Shown here: one piece after another, positions 46,271 through 56,076 of the stretch
Numbering within the stretch: the first letter of the stretch is position 1
Layout of the letters: every line of letters begins with the position of its first letter
Assembly: GCA_963779755.1 (NCBI GenBank)
Contig: CAVZZO010000003.1
Coordinates: 1,600,001-1,664,000, forward strand
Origin: an uncultured Gemmatimonadales bacterium
GTDB lineage: Bacteria; Gemmatimonadota; Gemmatimonadetes; Gemmatimonadales; GWC2-71-9
Reading direction: 5' to 3'
Length of the DNA: 64,000 nucleotides
Made by a program: the position numbers and the translations under genes
The notes under the pieces: model-generated
Database searches by the model: none
Told to the model about the DNA's origin: nothing
Seen by the model: only the letters and a program-made list of their open reading frames with translations

Positions 46271-47173
46271 TCACTCCGCCACGGCCTCTCCCTCGCTGGC
46301 TGTCAGCCGGGCATACAGCTCCCCCAGCCGGCGGGTCACCGGCCCCGGCTGGCCCGTCCCGATCCTGCGGCCGTCCACCTGGACCACCGCTGCGATCTCG
46401 CCCATGGTGCCGGTGCAGAACGCCTCTTCGGCCCGATAGACCTCCGCCTGGCTGATGTCGCGCTCGGCGTGGGGGATCGCATTCGCCGCGCAGAGCTCCA
46501 ACACCGCCGCCCGGGTGATCCCCTCGGGGCAGGCGACGGCCCGGCTGGTCAGGACCCGGCCGGATGAAACGATGAACAGGTGCGTGGCGTTGGTTTCCGC
46601 CACGAAGCCGCGCTGATCCAGCAGCAGGGCATCGTCGGCCCCGGCCGCGTTGGCTTCGATCTTGGCCAGGATACTCTGGATCAGGTTGCAGTGATGGATT
46701 TTCGGATCGAGGCAGTCGGGCGGGAAGCGGCGGATCGAGCTGGATGCCAGCGTGATGCCGCTCCGGTCATACACCGGCGGCTTGAACTCGGCCAGCACGA
46801 TGAGCGTGGGCCCCGACTGATTGAGCCGGGGGTCCATCCCCGAGGTGATCTTGACGCCGCGCGTCAGCGTGAGCCGGATATGGACCCCGTCCCGCATGCC
46901 GTTAGCGGCCAGAGTCTTCCGGATTTCGGCCGTGATCGCTTCGTGCGACGGGATCTGCTCGAAGGCCAGGGCCAGGGCCGAATGGCGCAGCCGGTCGAGA
47001 TGCTGGCGCAGCCGGAAGATGCGGCCGTCATAGAGCCGCAGCCCCTCCCACACCGCGTCGCCGCCCTGGACCGCCGAGTCGAACGGGCTGATCCCCGCCT
47101 CATTCCGGTGAATCAGCCTCCCATTGATGTTGATCTGGAGATCCTGGTTGCGTGCGTCGAAGGTCTGGAGCAT
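46271..47173 (-). CDS. Aminotransferase class IV (BCAT-like)
   Basis: GDAVWEGLR, HLDRL, PKIHH, AETNATHLF, EGITR, TGTMGE. Confidence 0.92.
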   Translation of the reverse strand: MLQTFDARNQDLQININGRLIHRNEAGISPFDSAVQGGDAVWEGLRLYDGRIFRLRQHLDRLRHSALALAFEQIPSHEAITAEIRKTLAANGMRDGVHIRLTLTRGVKITSGMDPRLNQSGPTLIVLAEFKPPVYDRSGITLASSSIRRFPPDCLDPKIHHCNLIQSILAKIEANAAGADDALLLDQRGFVAETNATHLFIVSSGRVLTSRAVACPEGITRAAVLELCAANAIPHAERDISQAEVYRAEEAFCTGTMGEIAAVVQVDGRRIGTGQPGPVTRRLGELYARLTASEGEAVAE

Positions 47174-47183
47174 CCGTGGGACC

Positions 47184-47227
47184 GGAGTCAGGAGTCAGGA
47201 ATCAGGGATCAGGAATCAGGAATCAGG
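47184..47227. repeat. Heptamer array (GGARTCA-like)x6
   Basis: Read directly. Confidence 0.85.
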
Positions 47228-47306
47228 GGAGCGGCGTGGCAGTCCTCGGCTTGCTCGACCACCTCGGCCCTCTCGACCGCTTCCAGGAGGCCAACCCACC
47301 ACGCAG

Positions 47307-48056
47307 CTATCTGAGCGCGTATTGCGCCATCTCCTCATAATATGGCCGGCACTCGGCGAGGAGGCCGCGCAGGGAGGGCGACAGCTCCAGCGTGCGCTCG
47401 CGGTAGGGTTCGAACCCGGTGGACTGCTCCACCCGGTGGTACCAGTATTTCGCCCAGATGCCGTCGGTCTCGCGGCGGCCCGGCGGCCAGCTGAGCATGG
47501 ACTCGGAAAAGGCGATGCCCAGCCGCTCGCAGAGTGCGCCCAGGATGCGGCGTGGATTCTTCAGGATGTCGGACGAGTCGATGACCGGCGGTATCGCGCC
47601 GGTGTGCTCCCGCACCTCCCGGAAGATCTCCACCTGCTGGGGCAGACCGGTGTCCCGCAGGGTGGGCGGGCCCATCCGGGCGGTGAGCGAGGGCAGCATC
47701 CCGGCCGGGTCGCGAATGAGAAAGCAGTTGGTCAACCGGGTAATCCAGCCGCGGTCGACTCCGGGCAGGAGATGATGCGCCATGTGCTTCTGATAGAAGA
47801 TGGCGGCACCGGGCGGAACAAACTCGGTGAGCCACCGGGTCACCCGGGGCCAGTCGATATCGTGCGCGGCGATGACTTCGTCACGCCCCGGATGGCTCAC
47901 CTCCACCTGCGTCAGGTAATGGGCGTAGAGCGGCTCATCGCAGACGAACGTATCCGGCCGGTTCTCCCACGATCGCATGAGGGCGGTAGAGATGTTCCGT
48001 GGGCCGGACCACATGGCGAGGCGGATCAGGGAATTCTCAGACGACACGGTGCGCAC
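47307..48056 (-). CDS. Sulfotransferase-like P-loop protein (N-terminal domain type of BCAT-like proteins)
   Basis: MWSGPRNISTALMRSW, DEPLY, YQKHM.HH, FLIRDP, W..YWY..V..STGF. Confidence 0.8.
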   Translation of the reverse strand: MRTVSSENSLIRLAMWSGPRNISTALMRSWENRPDTFVCDEPLYAHYLTQVEVSHPGRDEVIAAHDIDWPRVTRWLTEFVPPGAAIFYQKHMAHHLLPGVDRGWITRLTNCFLIRDPAGMLPSLTARMGPPTLRDTGLPQQVEIFREVREHTGAIPPVIDSSDILKNPRRILGALCERLGIAFSESMLSWPPGRRETDGIWAKYWYHRVEQSTGFEPYRERTLELSPSLRGLLAECRPYYEEMAQYALR

Positions 48057-48090
48057 CGGGTCTCGGAGAGCCGCATGACATAGGGAGCCG

Positions 48091-48480
48091 TCAGGAACTC
48101 TGAGAAGTCTTCCTGGCCATCTCGCTCACCAGCCAGTCCTTCGCTTTTTCCGCGTCTTCAAACGCCTTGATATTCCGGCCGGTGATCCGCATCATCGCCG
48201 TATACGCCACCCGCTGCAGTCCCTTCATCCCCACTACCGCGCCCGCCACCACGAAGCGCCGGTTCTGCGAGACCATCTCCCGCAGCTCGCCCAGGATCTC
48301 AGCGTCGAAATGCGCGTCCTGGACGTTGGTTAGTGTCAGCACGGAGTGTTCCGGCTGGGCCTGGATCAGGCGCCGGGCCTGTTCGATCGCATTCAGGCCT
48401 TGCTCGGTGGTGCGGACCTCGGAAAAATCCAGCGAGGTGATCTGCTGGCCCCGGTGGGTGATCATCTGAATGCGTTCCAT
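48091..48480 (-). CDS. Hypothetical protein (STAS/SpoIIAA-like fold possible)
   Basis: AGGGAG RBS; 'AVVG..GLQ', 'AFEDAEKAKDWL' pattern. Confidence 0.7.
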   Translation of the reverse strand: MERIQMITHRGQQITSLDFSEVRTTEQGLNAIEQARRLIQAQPEHSVLTLTNVQDAHFDAEILGELREMVSQNRRFVVAGAVVGMKGLQRVAYTAMMRITGRNIKAFEDAEKAKDWLVSEMARKTSQSS

Positions 48481-48572
48481 GTACTCCCTTCCAGCCCCGT
48501 GTGCTGACGTCATGGCGTCCGGTCGGGCCCGGGTATAAGATACACACCCACCCTCTGGAATCATTACTGGAG

Positions 48573-49385
48573 ATGCCCGTGCCTTCCTGCCGGCCGGGCC
48601 CCCGCTGCCCCACCGGGGGCTCCCCAGGGTCATCCCGAACTCAAGGCGCGCTCCGGCCCGGGCTCCTCCCGCCGCTGGTGCTGCTGGGCATGCTGCTGCT
48701 CTTCGCCCTCTGGTACACCGGCCGGCAGGAACCGCCCAAGGCCACCGAAATCCAGGTGGTCCACCCCGATTCTACCGGCCGCGTATCGCGGGCGCGGACA
48801 CCCGCGCCGGCCCGGGAGCCCGATTCCACCGCCGATACCCTGAGGATACCGCCGGAGAGCCTCGCCGCCGACACCCTGCCCCTTCCCGCTCCCCCGCCGG
48901 GCACGGAGCCGCCTGCCGCGCCCTCGTTCAGCGGCCCCCCCGGCCGGGTGCCGCTCGGGATGATGACGGACTACGCCCGCTCCCTGCGCTTCGACCTGAG
49001 TCGCGGGCTCGAGCTGCGGCAGATCCCCTCCGGCAGCCTGGACCTCTCGCTGGCGCCGGTCAGCGGCATCCGCCTCCTGGGCTGGCCCGAGCTGGAACAG
49101 GGCCGGCTTTTGGCAAAGATCGAGTCCGGCCGGCGGGATGATCAGCTCGGACTGGTTCGCGGCACCGTGTATCTCTGGATCCAGGGGTCGCCCGCGAGCG
49201 GGCTGACCGCCAGCCTCGTTCCCACGACCGCCTTCAACCCCGTCCACCGCACCGATGCCGTCACCTACCGGCAGGGTGGCGTCCGTGAGGTGCCGGTGGG
49301 ACACGATATCTGGCTGGTCCAGCCCGCCGACTCCTCGCGGGCGCTGTACGTGGCCTGCCCCGGCGGATGGTGCGTCATCCGATAG
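48573..49385 (+). CDS. Hypothetical membrane-anchored protein with Pro-rich linker; start uncertain
   Basis: One TM segment, Pro-rich stretch, globular C-terminus. Confidence 0.55.
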   Translation: MPVPSCRPGPRCPTGGSPGSSRTQGALRPGLLPPLVLLGMLLLFALWYTGRQEPPKATEIQVVHPDSTGRVSRARTPAPAREPDSTADTLRIPPESLAADTLPLPAPPPGTEPPAAPSFSGPPGRVPLGMMTDYARSLRFDLSRGLELRQIPSGSLDLSLAPVSGIRLLGWPELEQGRLLAKIESGRRDDQLGLVRGTVYLWIQGSPASGLTASLVPTTAFNPVHRTDAVTYRQGGVREVPVGHDIWLVQPADSSRALYVACPGGWCVIR

Positions 49386-49480
49386 GAACCAGGGGCCAGG
49401 AATCAGGAACCCGGGTGCTCCGGTTGAGCCTAACCCCGCGGCCCGATTCCCGGTGCCCATTCCCCATTCCCCATTCCCCA
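49385..49480. repeat. Degenerate inverted heptamer arrays (GGAAYCA / ATTCCCC)
   Basis: Read directly. Confidence 0.7.
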
Positions 49481-49492
49481 TCCCTATCTCCC

Positions 49493-51169
49493 ATGCGCGG
49501 ACTCCTCTGCTGCCTTCCCCTCCTCCTCGCCGGGCCCGCCCTGCCCGCCCCCCCGGCGTACGACGTGGTCATCCGCCACGGCACCATCTACGACGGCTCG
49601 GGTGGGGCGCCGTTCGTGGGCGACCTCGCCATCACGGGCGACAGCATCGCCGCGATCGGCAATGTGCCGGGCCGGGGTCGCGCCGAGCTGGATGCCCGCG
49701 GCATGGCCGTCGCCCCCGGCTTCATCAACATGCTGAGCTGGGCCGGGGTGCCGCTGCTGGTGGACGGCCGTTCCCAGAGCGACCTCCGGCAGGGCGTCAC
49801 CCTGGAAGTATTCGGCGAAGGCAGCTCCATGGGCCCGCTCACCGACACGATGAAGGCGGACATGGTCCGGCTCCAGGGCGACCTCAAGTACGATGTCACC
49901 TGGACGACCCTGTCCGGTTTCCTCGACACCCTGGTGGCGCGCGGCGTCGCGACCAACGTCGCCTCCTTCATCGGCGCCACCACTCTCCGGGTCCACGAGG
50001 TCGGCTACGCAAATCGCCCCGCCACGCCGGAGGAGCTGGACCGCATGAAAGCCCTGGTGCGCCAGGGCATGCGGCAGGGCGCGCTGGGGATCGGCTCGTC
50101 GCTCATCTATGCCCCGGCCAACTACGCGCCCACTGATGAGCTGATCGCCCTGGCGCGCGAAGCAGGCCGCTACGGCGGGATGTACATCTCGCACATGCGG
50201 AACGAGGGCTCCGGCCTGCTGCCGGCGCTGGACGAGCTGATCCGCATCGCGCGGGAGGGAGACATCCGCGCCGAAGTCTACCATTTCAAGGCCAGCGGGA
50301 AGGCCAACTGGCCCAAGCTGGACAGCGCGATCGCAAAGATCGACTCGGCCCGGGCGGCGGGCCTCCGGATCACCGCCGATATGTATACCTATCCGGCCAG
50401 CTCGACCGGGCTGGATGCCACCATGCCCACCTGGGTGCAGGAGGGCGGCCATGACGCCTGGATCGCCCGGCTGAAAGACCCGGCCATCCGCGCGAAACTG
50501 GCCGCCGAAATGCGCGGCAGCGGCGCCTACGACAATTCGTTCTCCAATGCCGGCGGCCCCTCCGGCATCCTGCTGGTGGGGTTCAAGCAGGATTCACTCA
50601 AGTACCTCACAGGAAAGACGCTGGCCCAGGTCGCCGCCATGCGCGGCACCTCGCCGGAGGAGACGGCGATGGACCTGGTCATCCAGGACGACAGCCGGGT
50701 CAGCTGCGTCTTCTTTACCATGTCCGAAGACAACGTCAGGAAGAAGGTGGCGCTGCCCTGGATGAGCTTCGGCTCCGATGCCGGTTCGATCGCCCCCGAG
50801 GGCGCCTTCCTCAAGTCCAGCCCGCATCCCCGCACCTACGGTACCTTCGCCCGGCTGCTGGGACGCTACGTCCGGGATGAGCACGTGATCCCGCTGCGGG
50901 AAGCCGTCCGCCGGCTGGCGGCGCTTCCGGCCCGCAACCTGGGTATCCAGCGCCGCGGCACCCTGCGAGTGGGCAACTACGCCGATGTTGTGGTGTTCGA
51001 TCCGGCGGCCATTCAGGATCACGCCACCTTTGAACGGCCCCATCAGTATGCCACCGGAGTGCGCGATGTGTTCGTCAACGGCGTGCCGGTGATCCGCCGG
51101 GGCGAACACACCGGGGCGCTCCCCGGCCGGGTGGTGCATGGGCCGGGATACGAGAGGACTGAGGACTGA
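49493..51169 (+). CDS. N-acyl-D-amino-acid deacylase (amidohydrolase), secreted
   Basis: APGFINMLSW, YISHMRNE, YHFK, FGSD, HPRTYGTF, ADVVVFD; signal peptide. Confidence 0.9.
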   Translation: MRGLLCCLPLLLAGPALPAPPAYDVVIRHGTIYDGSGGAPFVGDLAITGDSIAAIGNVPGRGRAELDARGMAVAPGFINMLSWAGVPLLVDGRSQSDLRQGVTLEVFGEGSSMGPLTDTMKADMVRLQGDLKYDVTWTTLSGFLDTLVARGVATNVASFIGATTLRVHEVGYANRPATPEELDRMKALVRQGMRQGALGIGSSLIYAPANYAPTDELIALAREAGRYGGMYISHMRNEGSGLLPALDELIRIAREGDIRAEVYHFKASGKANWPKLDSAIAKIDSARAAGLRITADMYTYPASSTGLDATMPTWVQEGGHDAWIARLKDPAIRAKLAAEMRGSGAYDNSFSNAGGPSGILLVGFKQDSLKYLTGKTLAQVAAMRGTSPEETAMDLVIQDDSRVSCVFFTMSEDNVRKKVALPWMSFGSDAGSIAPEGAFLKSSPHPRTYGTFARLLGRYVRDEHVIPLREAVRRLAALPARNLGIQRRGTLRVGNYADVVVFDPAAIQDHATFERPHQYATGVRDVFVNGVPVIRRGEHTGALPGRVVHGPGYERTED

Positions 51170-51327
51170 GCAGGACGGCCCTAAAGGACTTCCTCGCGGC
51201 TTTCTATTGGAGGCCGCTCGGTCGCAGGACGGCAGGACGGCAGGACGGCCCTAAAGGACTTCCTCGCGGCTTTCTATTGGAGGCCGCTCGGTCGCAGGAC
51301 GGCAGGACGGCAGGACGGCAGGACGGC
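51170..51327 (-). repeat. Two tandem copies (70-bp period) of the same ~48-bp element as 32738-32890, inverted
   Basis: CCCTAAAGGACTTCCTCGCGGCTTTCTATTGGAGGCCGCTCGGTCGCA at 51179-51226 and 51249-51296, in CAGGACGG octamers. Confidence 0.92.
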
Positions 51328-51423
51328 TCGGGCTCTGCGAAGGGAATACCCGGCCCTCCCGGCGAGCGCAAGCAGCGAATGAACGCGTATGTGCCCTGGG
51401 GACATGCGACGCTCTTTCCCCGG

Positions 51424-51586
51424 TGACGCACTTCGGCGCGCGGAGGGAGGCTCGGCGAGGACGAGCAGCAGGACTGTGGACTGCGGATTGAGGATTGAGG
51501 ACTGAGCCCAGGCTCACGCGAGCCCGAAGCCGATGCAGCTGACGCACTTCGGCGCGCGGAGGGAGGCTCGGCGAGGACGAGCAGCA
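51424..51586 (+). repeat. Two identical 47-bp direct repeats separated by 69 bp
   Basis: TGACGCACTTCGGCGCGCGGAGGGAGGCTCGGCGAGGACGAGCAGCA at 51424-51470 and 51540-51586. Confidence 0.9.
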
Positions 51587-51668
51587 ACAGGACTGGGGAC
51601 TAAGCCCCGAGAACTGAAGACTCTGGATCTGAGAACCCGACTGAACCTCTACGTGTGAGATTTTCGAC

Positions 51669-53084
51669 ATGCCGGACGCGATCAGCTTCCTCGAGCAGGT
51701 CAACCGCAACTTTGACAATGCCGCCGGCCTGACCGGCCACGATCCGACGCTGCTGGCCCAGATCAAGGCCTGCAACTGTCTCTACTATACCTCCTTCCCG
51801 CTCAAGCGCGACGACGGCTCGATCGACGTGATCCACGCCTGGCGGGCCGAGCATAGCCATCACCGGCTGCCGACCAAAGGCGGCATCCGTTTCAGCGCCG
51901 CCGTGGACGCCGACGAGGTCATGGCCCTGGCGGCGCTCATGACCTACAAATGCGCCATCGTGGATGTGCCGTTCGGCGGTGCCAAGGGCGCCGTCCGGAT
52001 CGACCGGAGCAGGTACTCCGCCGCCGAGCTGGAACGCATTACCCGCCGCTACACCTTCGAGCTGGTGCGCAAGAGCTTCATCGGCCCCGGCACCGATGTA
52101 CCGGCGCCCGATTTCGGCACCAGTCCGCAGGAGATGGCCTGGATCGCCGATACCTACACCACCCTGGTGCCGGCCGACATCAACGCGCTGGCCTGCGTGA
52201 CCGCCAAACCGGTCGCCTTGAGCGGCATCAACGGCCGCGTCGAGGCCACCGGCCGGGGCATCATGTACGGCCTGCGCGAAGTCTGCGCCAGCGCCGAAGA
52301 CATGAAACCGCTGGGCCTCGGCACTGGGTTGGCGGGCAAGCGGGTGGTGGTACAGGGCCTGGGAAATGTCGGCTTCCATGCCGCGAAGTTCCTGCTGGAG
52401 GAGGGCGCCATCCTGGTGGGTGTGGCGGAGCGGGAAGGCGCCATTCACGCGCCCCGGGGGCTGGACCTGGACGCGGTCATGGCACACCGGCAGGAGACCC
52501 GGTCGATCCTGGAGTTCCCCGGCGCGCGCGATCTGCCCGGGTCCGCCGACGCCCTGGAGCTGGAGTGCGACATTCTCGTGCCGGCCGCCCTGGAAAATCA
52601 GATCACCGCCGAAAACGCTCCCGCGGTCAAGGCGAGGATCATCGGCGAAGGAGCCAACGGCCCGACCACCGCCGAGGCCGACGCCATCCTCCAGCAGCGG
52701 GGCGCACTGGTGGTACCCGACATGTTCCTCAACGCCGGCGGCGTGACCGTCTCCTACTTCGAGTGGCTCAAGAACCTCTCCCACGTGCGTTTCGGCCGGA
52801 TGGAAAAACGCTACGAGGAGGCCTCCAACCGGCGCTTTCTCGCCGCCATCGAGAGCGCGACCGGCCGGCAGTTTACCGAAGACGAACTGGCGCGCCTGGG
52901 CCCGGGCGCGGATGAGATCGACCTGGTCAACAGCGGCCTCGAGGAGACCATGAGCACCGCCTACCGGCAGATCCGGGAGATCCAGCACCGGCGCGGCGCG
53001 GGGCTGTCGCTCCGCACGGCGGCATTCATCAACGCCATAGACAAGATCGCCGTGGCCTATCAGGAGATGGGCATTTTCCCCTGA
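51669..53084 (+). CDS. gdhA: Glutamate dehydrogenase (Glu/Leu/Phe/Val family)
   Basis: PTKGGIRF, MTYKCA, GGAKG, DVPAPD, EATGRG, QGLGNVG, EGANGP, NAGGVTVSYFEW. Confidence 0.94.
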   Translation: MPDAISFLEQVNRNFDNAAGLTGHDPTLLAQIKACNCLYYTSFPLKRDDGSIDVIHAWRAEHSHHRLPTKGGIRFSAAVDADEVMALAALMTYKCAIVDVPFGGAKGAVRIDRSRYSAAELERITRRYTFELVRKSFIGPGTDVPAPDFGTSPQEMAWIADTYTTLVPADINALACVTAKPVALSGINGRVEATGRGIMYGLREVCASAEDMKPLGLGTGLAGKRVVVQGLGNVGFHAAKFLLEEGAILVGVAEREGAIHAPRGLDLDAVMAHRQETRSILEFPGARDLPGSADALELECDILVPAALENQITAENAPAVKARIIGEGANGPTTAEADAILQQRGALVVPDMFLNAGGVTVSYFEWLKNLSHVRFGRMEKRYEEASNRRFLAAIESATGRQFTEDELARLGPGADEIDLVNSGLEETMSTAYRQIREIQHRRGAGLSLRTAAFINAIDKIAVAYQEMGIFP

Positions 53085-53161
53085 GGCACCGGCCCCGCTT
53101 GACGCCGGCTTGACCCGGGTGGCGCAGCGTCTCCGCAGAACTCTTCCTGCGGAGACGTCCC

Positions 53162-54717
53162 ATGTTGCGGAAACTGCGCGGCACGACCTGGCATCGCTGG
53201 CTGGCCCTGCTGGTCTTTGCCCTTTACCTGCCGGCCTGTTCCAGCTGGCATACGGCGCTGGAAGGGGCGCGGGTGGTGGCCGGGCCCAAGGCGCCGTCGT
53301 CGGTAAGGTCTTCCTTCCCCAGAGTGCCTGGGTCGTCCTCAGGCATCCCACGATCTCCAACGATAGCATCATCGGCGTTGTGGGGGACGCGTCCGGCATT
53401 CCAGCCCGGCATGGCGCCAGCCTCGCCGTACCCCTCTCGAGCGTCAAGGAAGTGCAGGTGCGGCGGGGGGATGCGGCAAAGACCGTCTTTGCCGTGCTGG
53501 GTGCCACCGTAGCCATAGCACTGGTTGCCGTCGCGACCAGCGACAACGGCTCCTCCACACCGGTCCAGCAACAGTCCGACAGCATCGTCTTCAGCTGCCC
53601 CCTGGTCTACTCCTGGGACGGCACCCACTGGCGGCTGGATTCCGGGACGTTCGGCGGCGCCATTACCCGTGGTGCCCAGCGGACCGACCTGGACAACCTG
53701 CTCTACGCCCGGCCGCAACAGGGCGGGCTCTGCTTCCTGGTCACCAACCAGTCGCCGGAGACGGACCACATCGACGCGCTGAGCGTGCTGGCGGTGGATC
53801 ACGCGCCCGGAATCACGGTGGCCCCGGATGGAGCCGGCCGCCTGCACTCGGTCGGAAGCCTGATCGCGCCGGTGAGGGCCGTGGATGCGACCGGAGCGGA
53901 TATTCTCCCGCGAATCGCCCAGGAGGACGGCTGGCACTGGGCTTCGCGAGCAGTCCGGCGCGATACTGCCAGCATGACCGATGCGCGGGAAGCGCTGACC
54001 CTGAGCTTCTCCCGCGGAAGCGGCCGCACCCCGGCCCGGCTGGTGGTAGACGGCCGCAACACGACCTGGGCCGCGATGATGATGGGAGAAATGGTGAGCC
54101 TGCACGGCCGCGCCACTCCGGCGTGGTACGATTCGCTTGATCATGATCCCGCGCTGGTCAGGCAGACCATCTCGGCCATGGCGCAGACCGGCTTCCTGCA
54201 GGTCAGCGTATGGGACGGGAACCGCTGGCTGTCGCAAGGCTTCCTGCCGGAGGCCGGGCCCGAGCTGGCCAAGCGCCAGGTGATACCTCTCGATCTCGCA
54301 TCCGCCGGCGGCGATACCGTCCGGATCCGGTTGGAGACATCGCCCGGGTTCTGGCTGCTGGACCGCGTGGCCCTCGATACCTCGGCGGAGCAGGCGCTTC
54401 AGGTTCGGGAGCTGCACCCGGATACCGCCACCTTCGGCGACGGCAGCGATGCTCTTCCCTTGATCGCCGACAGGGACGACCGCTACCTCGATCTCGAAAC
54501 CAGCGACTCGGCGCGAGTCACGTTCACCGATCCGGAGGTGCCGGCAGGGATGGTTCGCAGCTATCTGCTCCGTTCCACCGGCTGGTACCGCATTCACACC
54601 CCGCAAACCGACGCGCCGTCGCCGCTGCTGGCCGCCATGGGGCAGCCGGGAATGCTGGCCCGGCTGGCCCTCGCCAGGCTGAACCAGGAGCTGGCCGGCG
54701 CGGAGCTGGGCCAATGA
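53162..54717 (+). CDS. Lipoprotein of unknown function, frameshifted at ~53307 (pseudogene or sequencing error)
   Basis: Leader ending LPAC in one frame, body (ISNDSIIG...SCPLVYSWDG...LAVDH) in another; adding one G restores V-R-V-F-L. Confidence 0.7.
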
Positions 54718-55883
54718 CCGGCGGGCGTGAAGTGTGGATCACCGGCATCGGGGCCGTCAGCGCGGCCGGGGTGGGAACCGGTCCGCTGCGACACCTGATC
54801 CGCACGGGGCGGGTGGCGGGTGGCGACGGGTTTGCCGCCCCTGCCCTCCCCCGAACGCCGGCCAATCGTCGGCTCGACCGGGCCGCCAGCATGTTCCTCA
54901 CGGCGGCGGAGGAAGCCTGGGCCGGCGCGGGACTCGCCGCGGGTTCCTTTGATGGTGCCGGGGCAATCCTGCTGGAGGGGTCGTCTCTGGGACCGATGGC
55001 GGATCTGTTGCGCGCACACGAGCGCCAGCTGGTGCAGGGTGCCGGCGCGCCCCGACTATCCGGCCGCCTGGTGCGCTTCATGACCGGAGCGGGCGGGGCG
55101 GTGTTTGCGCAGCTGCACGGAATCCGGGGCCTGGTTCTGCATCTGTCGGCCGGGAGCGTTTCCGCCGCCTGCGCCATCGGCGACGCATTCGAGCGCATCG
55201 CCCGGGGTGAGGCGGACGTGGCGCTGGCGGGGGGCGGAGAATGCCCGCTGCATCCCGCGATCCTCGAAACCTTCGAAAGCTCTGGAGTCCTGGTTCCGGC
55301 GGGGAAGCGCTGCCGACCCTTCGACCGGGAACGCTGTGGCACCGTCCTGGGAGAAGGAGCCGGCGCCCTGGTGCTGGAGTCGGCGGAGCACGCGCGCGGG
55401 CGCGCCGCAAGTCCTCTGGTACGCATGGCCGGCTTCGGCAGCAGCACCGAAGCTTACAGCGCCACCGCGCCGGACCCTGAGGGCACCGGTGTCTTTCGAG
55501 CCGCATCGGCGGCTCTGCAGGGTGGCGCGCTCCCGGCCTGGATCAAGACGCATGGGACCGGCACCATCCTGAACGATGCCGCCGAGTGCCGCGGGTTGGC
55601 GACCCTGCTGGGCACACAGCTGCCGCAGTGCCCTATCACGTCGCTCAAGCCTGCGCTGGGCCATGCGCTGGGGGCCAGCGGCGCAGTCGAGGCGGTCGCC
55701 GCCGTGCTCGCGTTGCTGGAGGGAATCGTGCCGGCCACGGCCACAACTGATTCACCCGATCTGGCCCTGCCGCCCTGCCGTGTCGTATTGCGACCCGAGC
55801 GCGCCGGCGATGGACCGGTGCTGCTGCTCTCCGAGAGCTTCGGCGGCCGCTGCACGGCGCTGGCGGTGAATCCCCTGACCTGA
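54714..55883 (+). CDS. FabF-like beta-ketoacyl synthase homologue with active-site Cys replaced by Ser
   Basis: VWITGIG, RPFDRER.G.VLGEGAG, HGTGT..ND, K..LGH.LGASG, SFGG; SAGS at the TAC position; ATGA coupling. Confidence 0.82.
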   Translation: MTGGREVWITGIGAVSAAGVGTGPLRHLIRTGRVAGGDGFAAPALPRTPANRRLDRAASMFLTAAEEAWAGAGLAAGSFDGAGAILLEGSSLGPMADLLRAHERQLVQGAGAPRLSGRLVRFMTGAGGAVFAQLHGIRGLVLHLSAGSVSAACAIGDAFERIARGEADVALAGGGECPLHPAILETFESSGVLVPAGKRCRPFDRERCGTVLGEGAGALVLESAEHARGRAASPLVRMAGFGSSTEAYSATAPDPEGTGVFRAASAALQGGALPAWIKTHGTGTILNDAAECRGLATLLGTQLPQCPITSLKPALGHALGASGAVEAVAAVLALLEGIVPATATTDSPDLALPPCRVVLRPERAGDGPVLLLSESFGGRCTALAVNPLT

Positions 55884-55902
55884 GCTGGGAATGGCCTCGC
55901 CT

Positions 55903-56075
55903 GGCGCCATCCACCTTCACCAGGCGCAGCGCGGCGATGTCGCGGCTCACCGAGGACTGGGTGACGTCCCAGCCCTCCGCCGAGAGTGCCGCCGCGAGCT
56001 CCTCCTGAGTGTGGAGCGGGCGGCGGCTGATCAGCTTCAGAATCTTGAGCTGGCGCTTGTGCGATCGGCCGTCAT
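55903..56075 (-). pseudogene. Duplicated 5' fragment of argR (frameshifted)
   Basis: Matches 57513-57686 with 5 substitutions and a 1-bp deletion in codon 5. Confidence 0.9.
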
Positions 56076-56076
56076 C

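Noticed and set aside
51170..51586. CRISPR array
   Set aside because: Only two copies per repeat type, separators are microsatellites or repeat-derived, repeats are long and no cas genes are present.
55903..56076. Simple assembly duplication of argR
   Set aside because: Copies differ at six positions, which favours a real diverged duplicate; strain chimerism is still possible.
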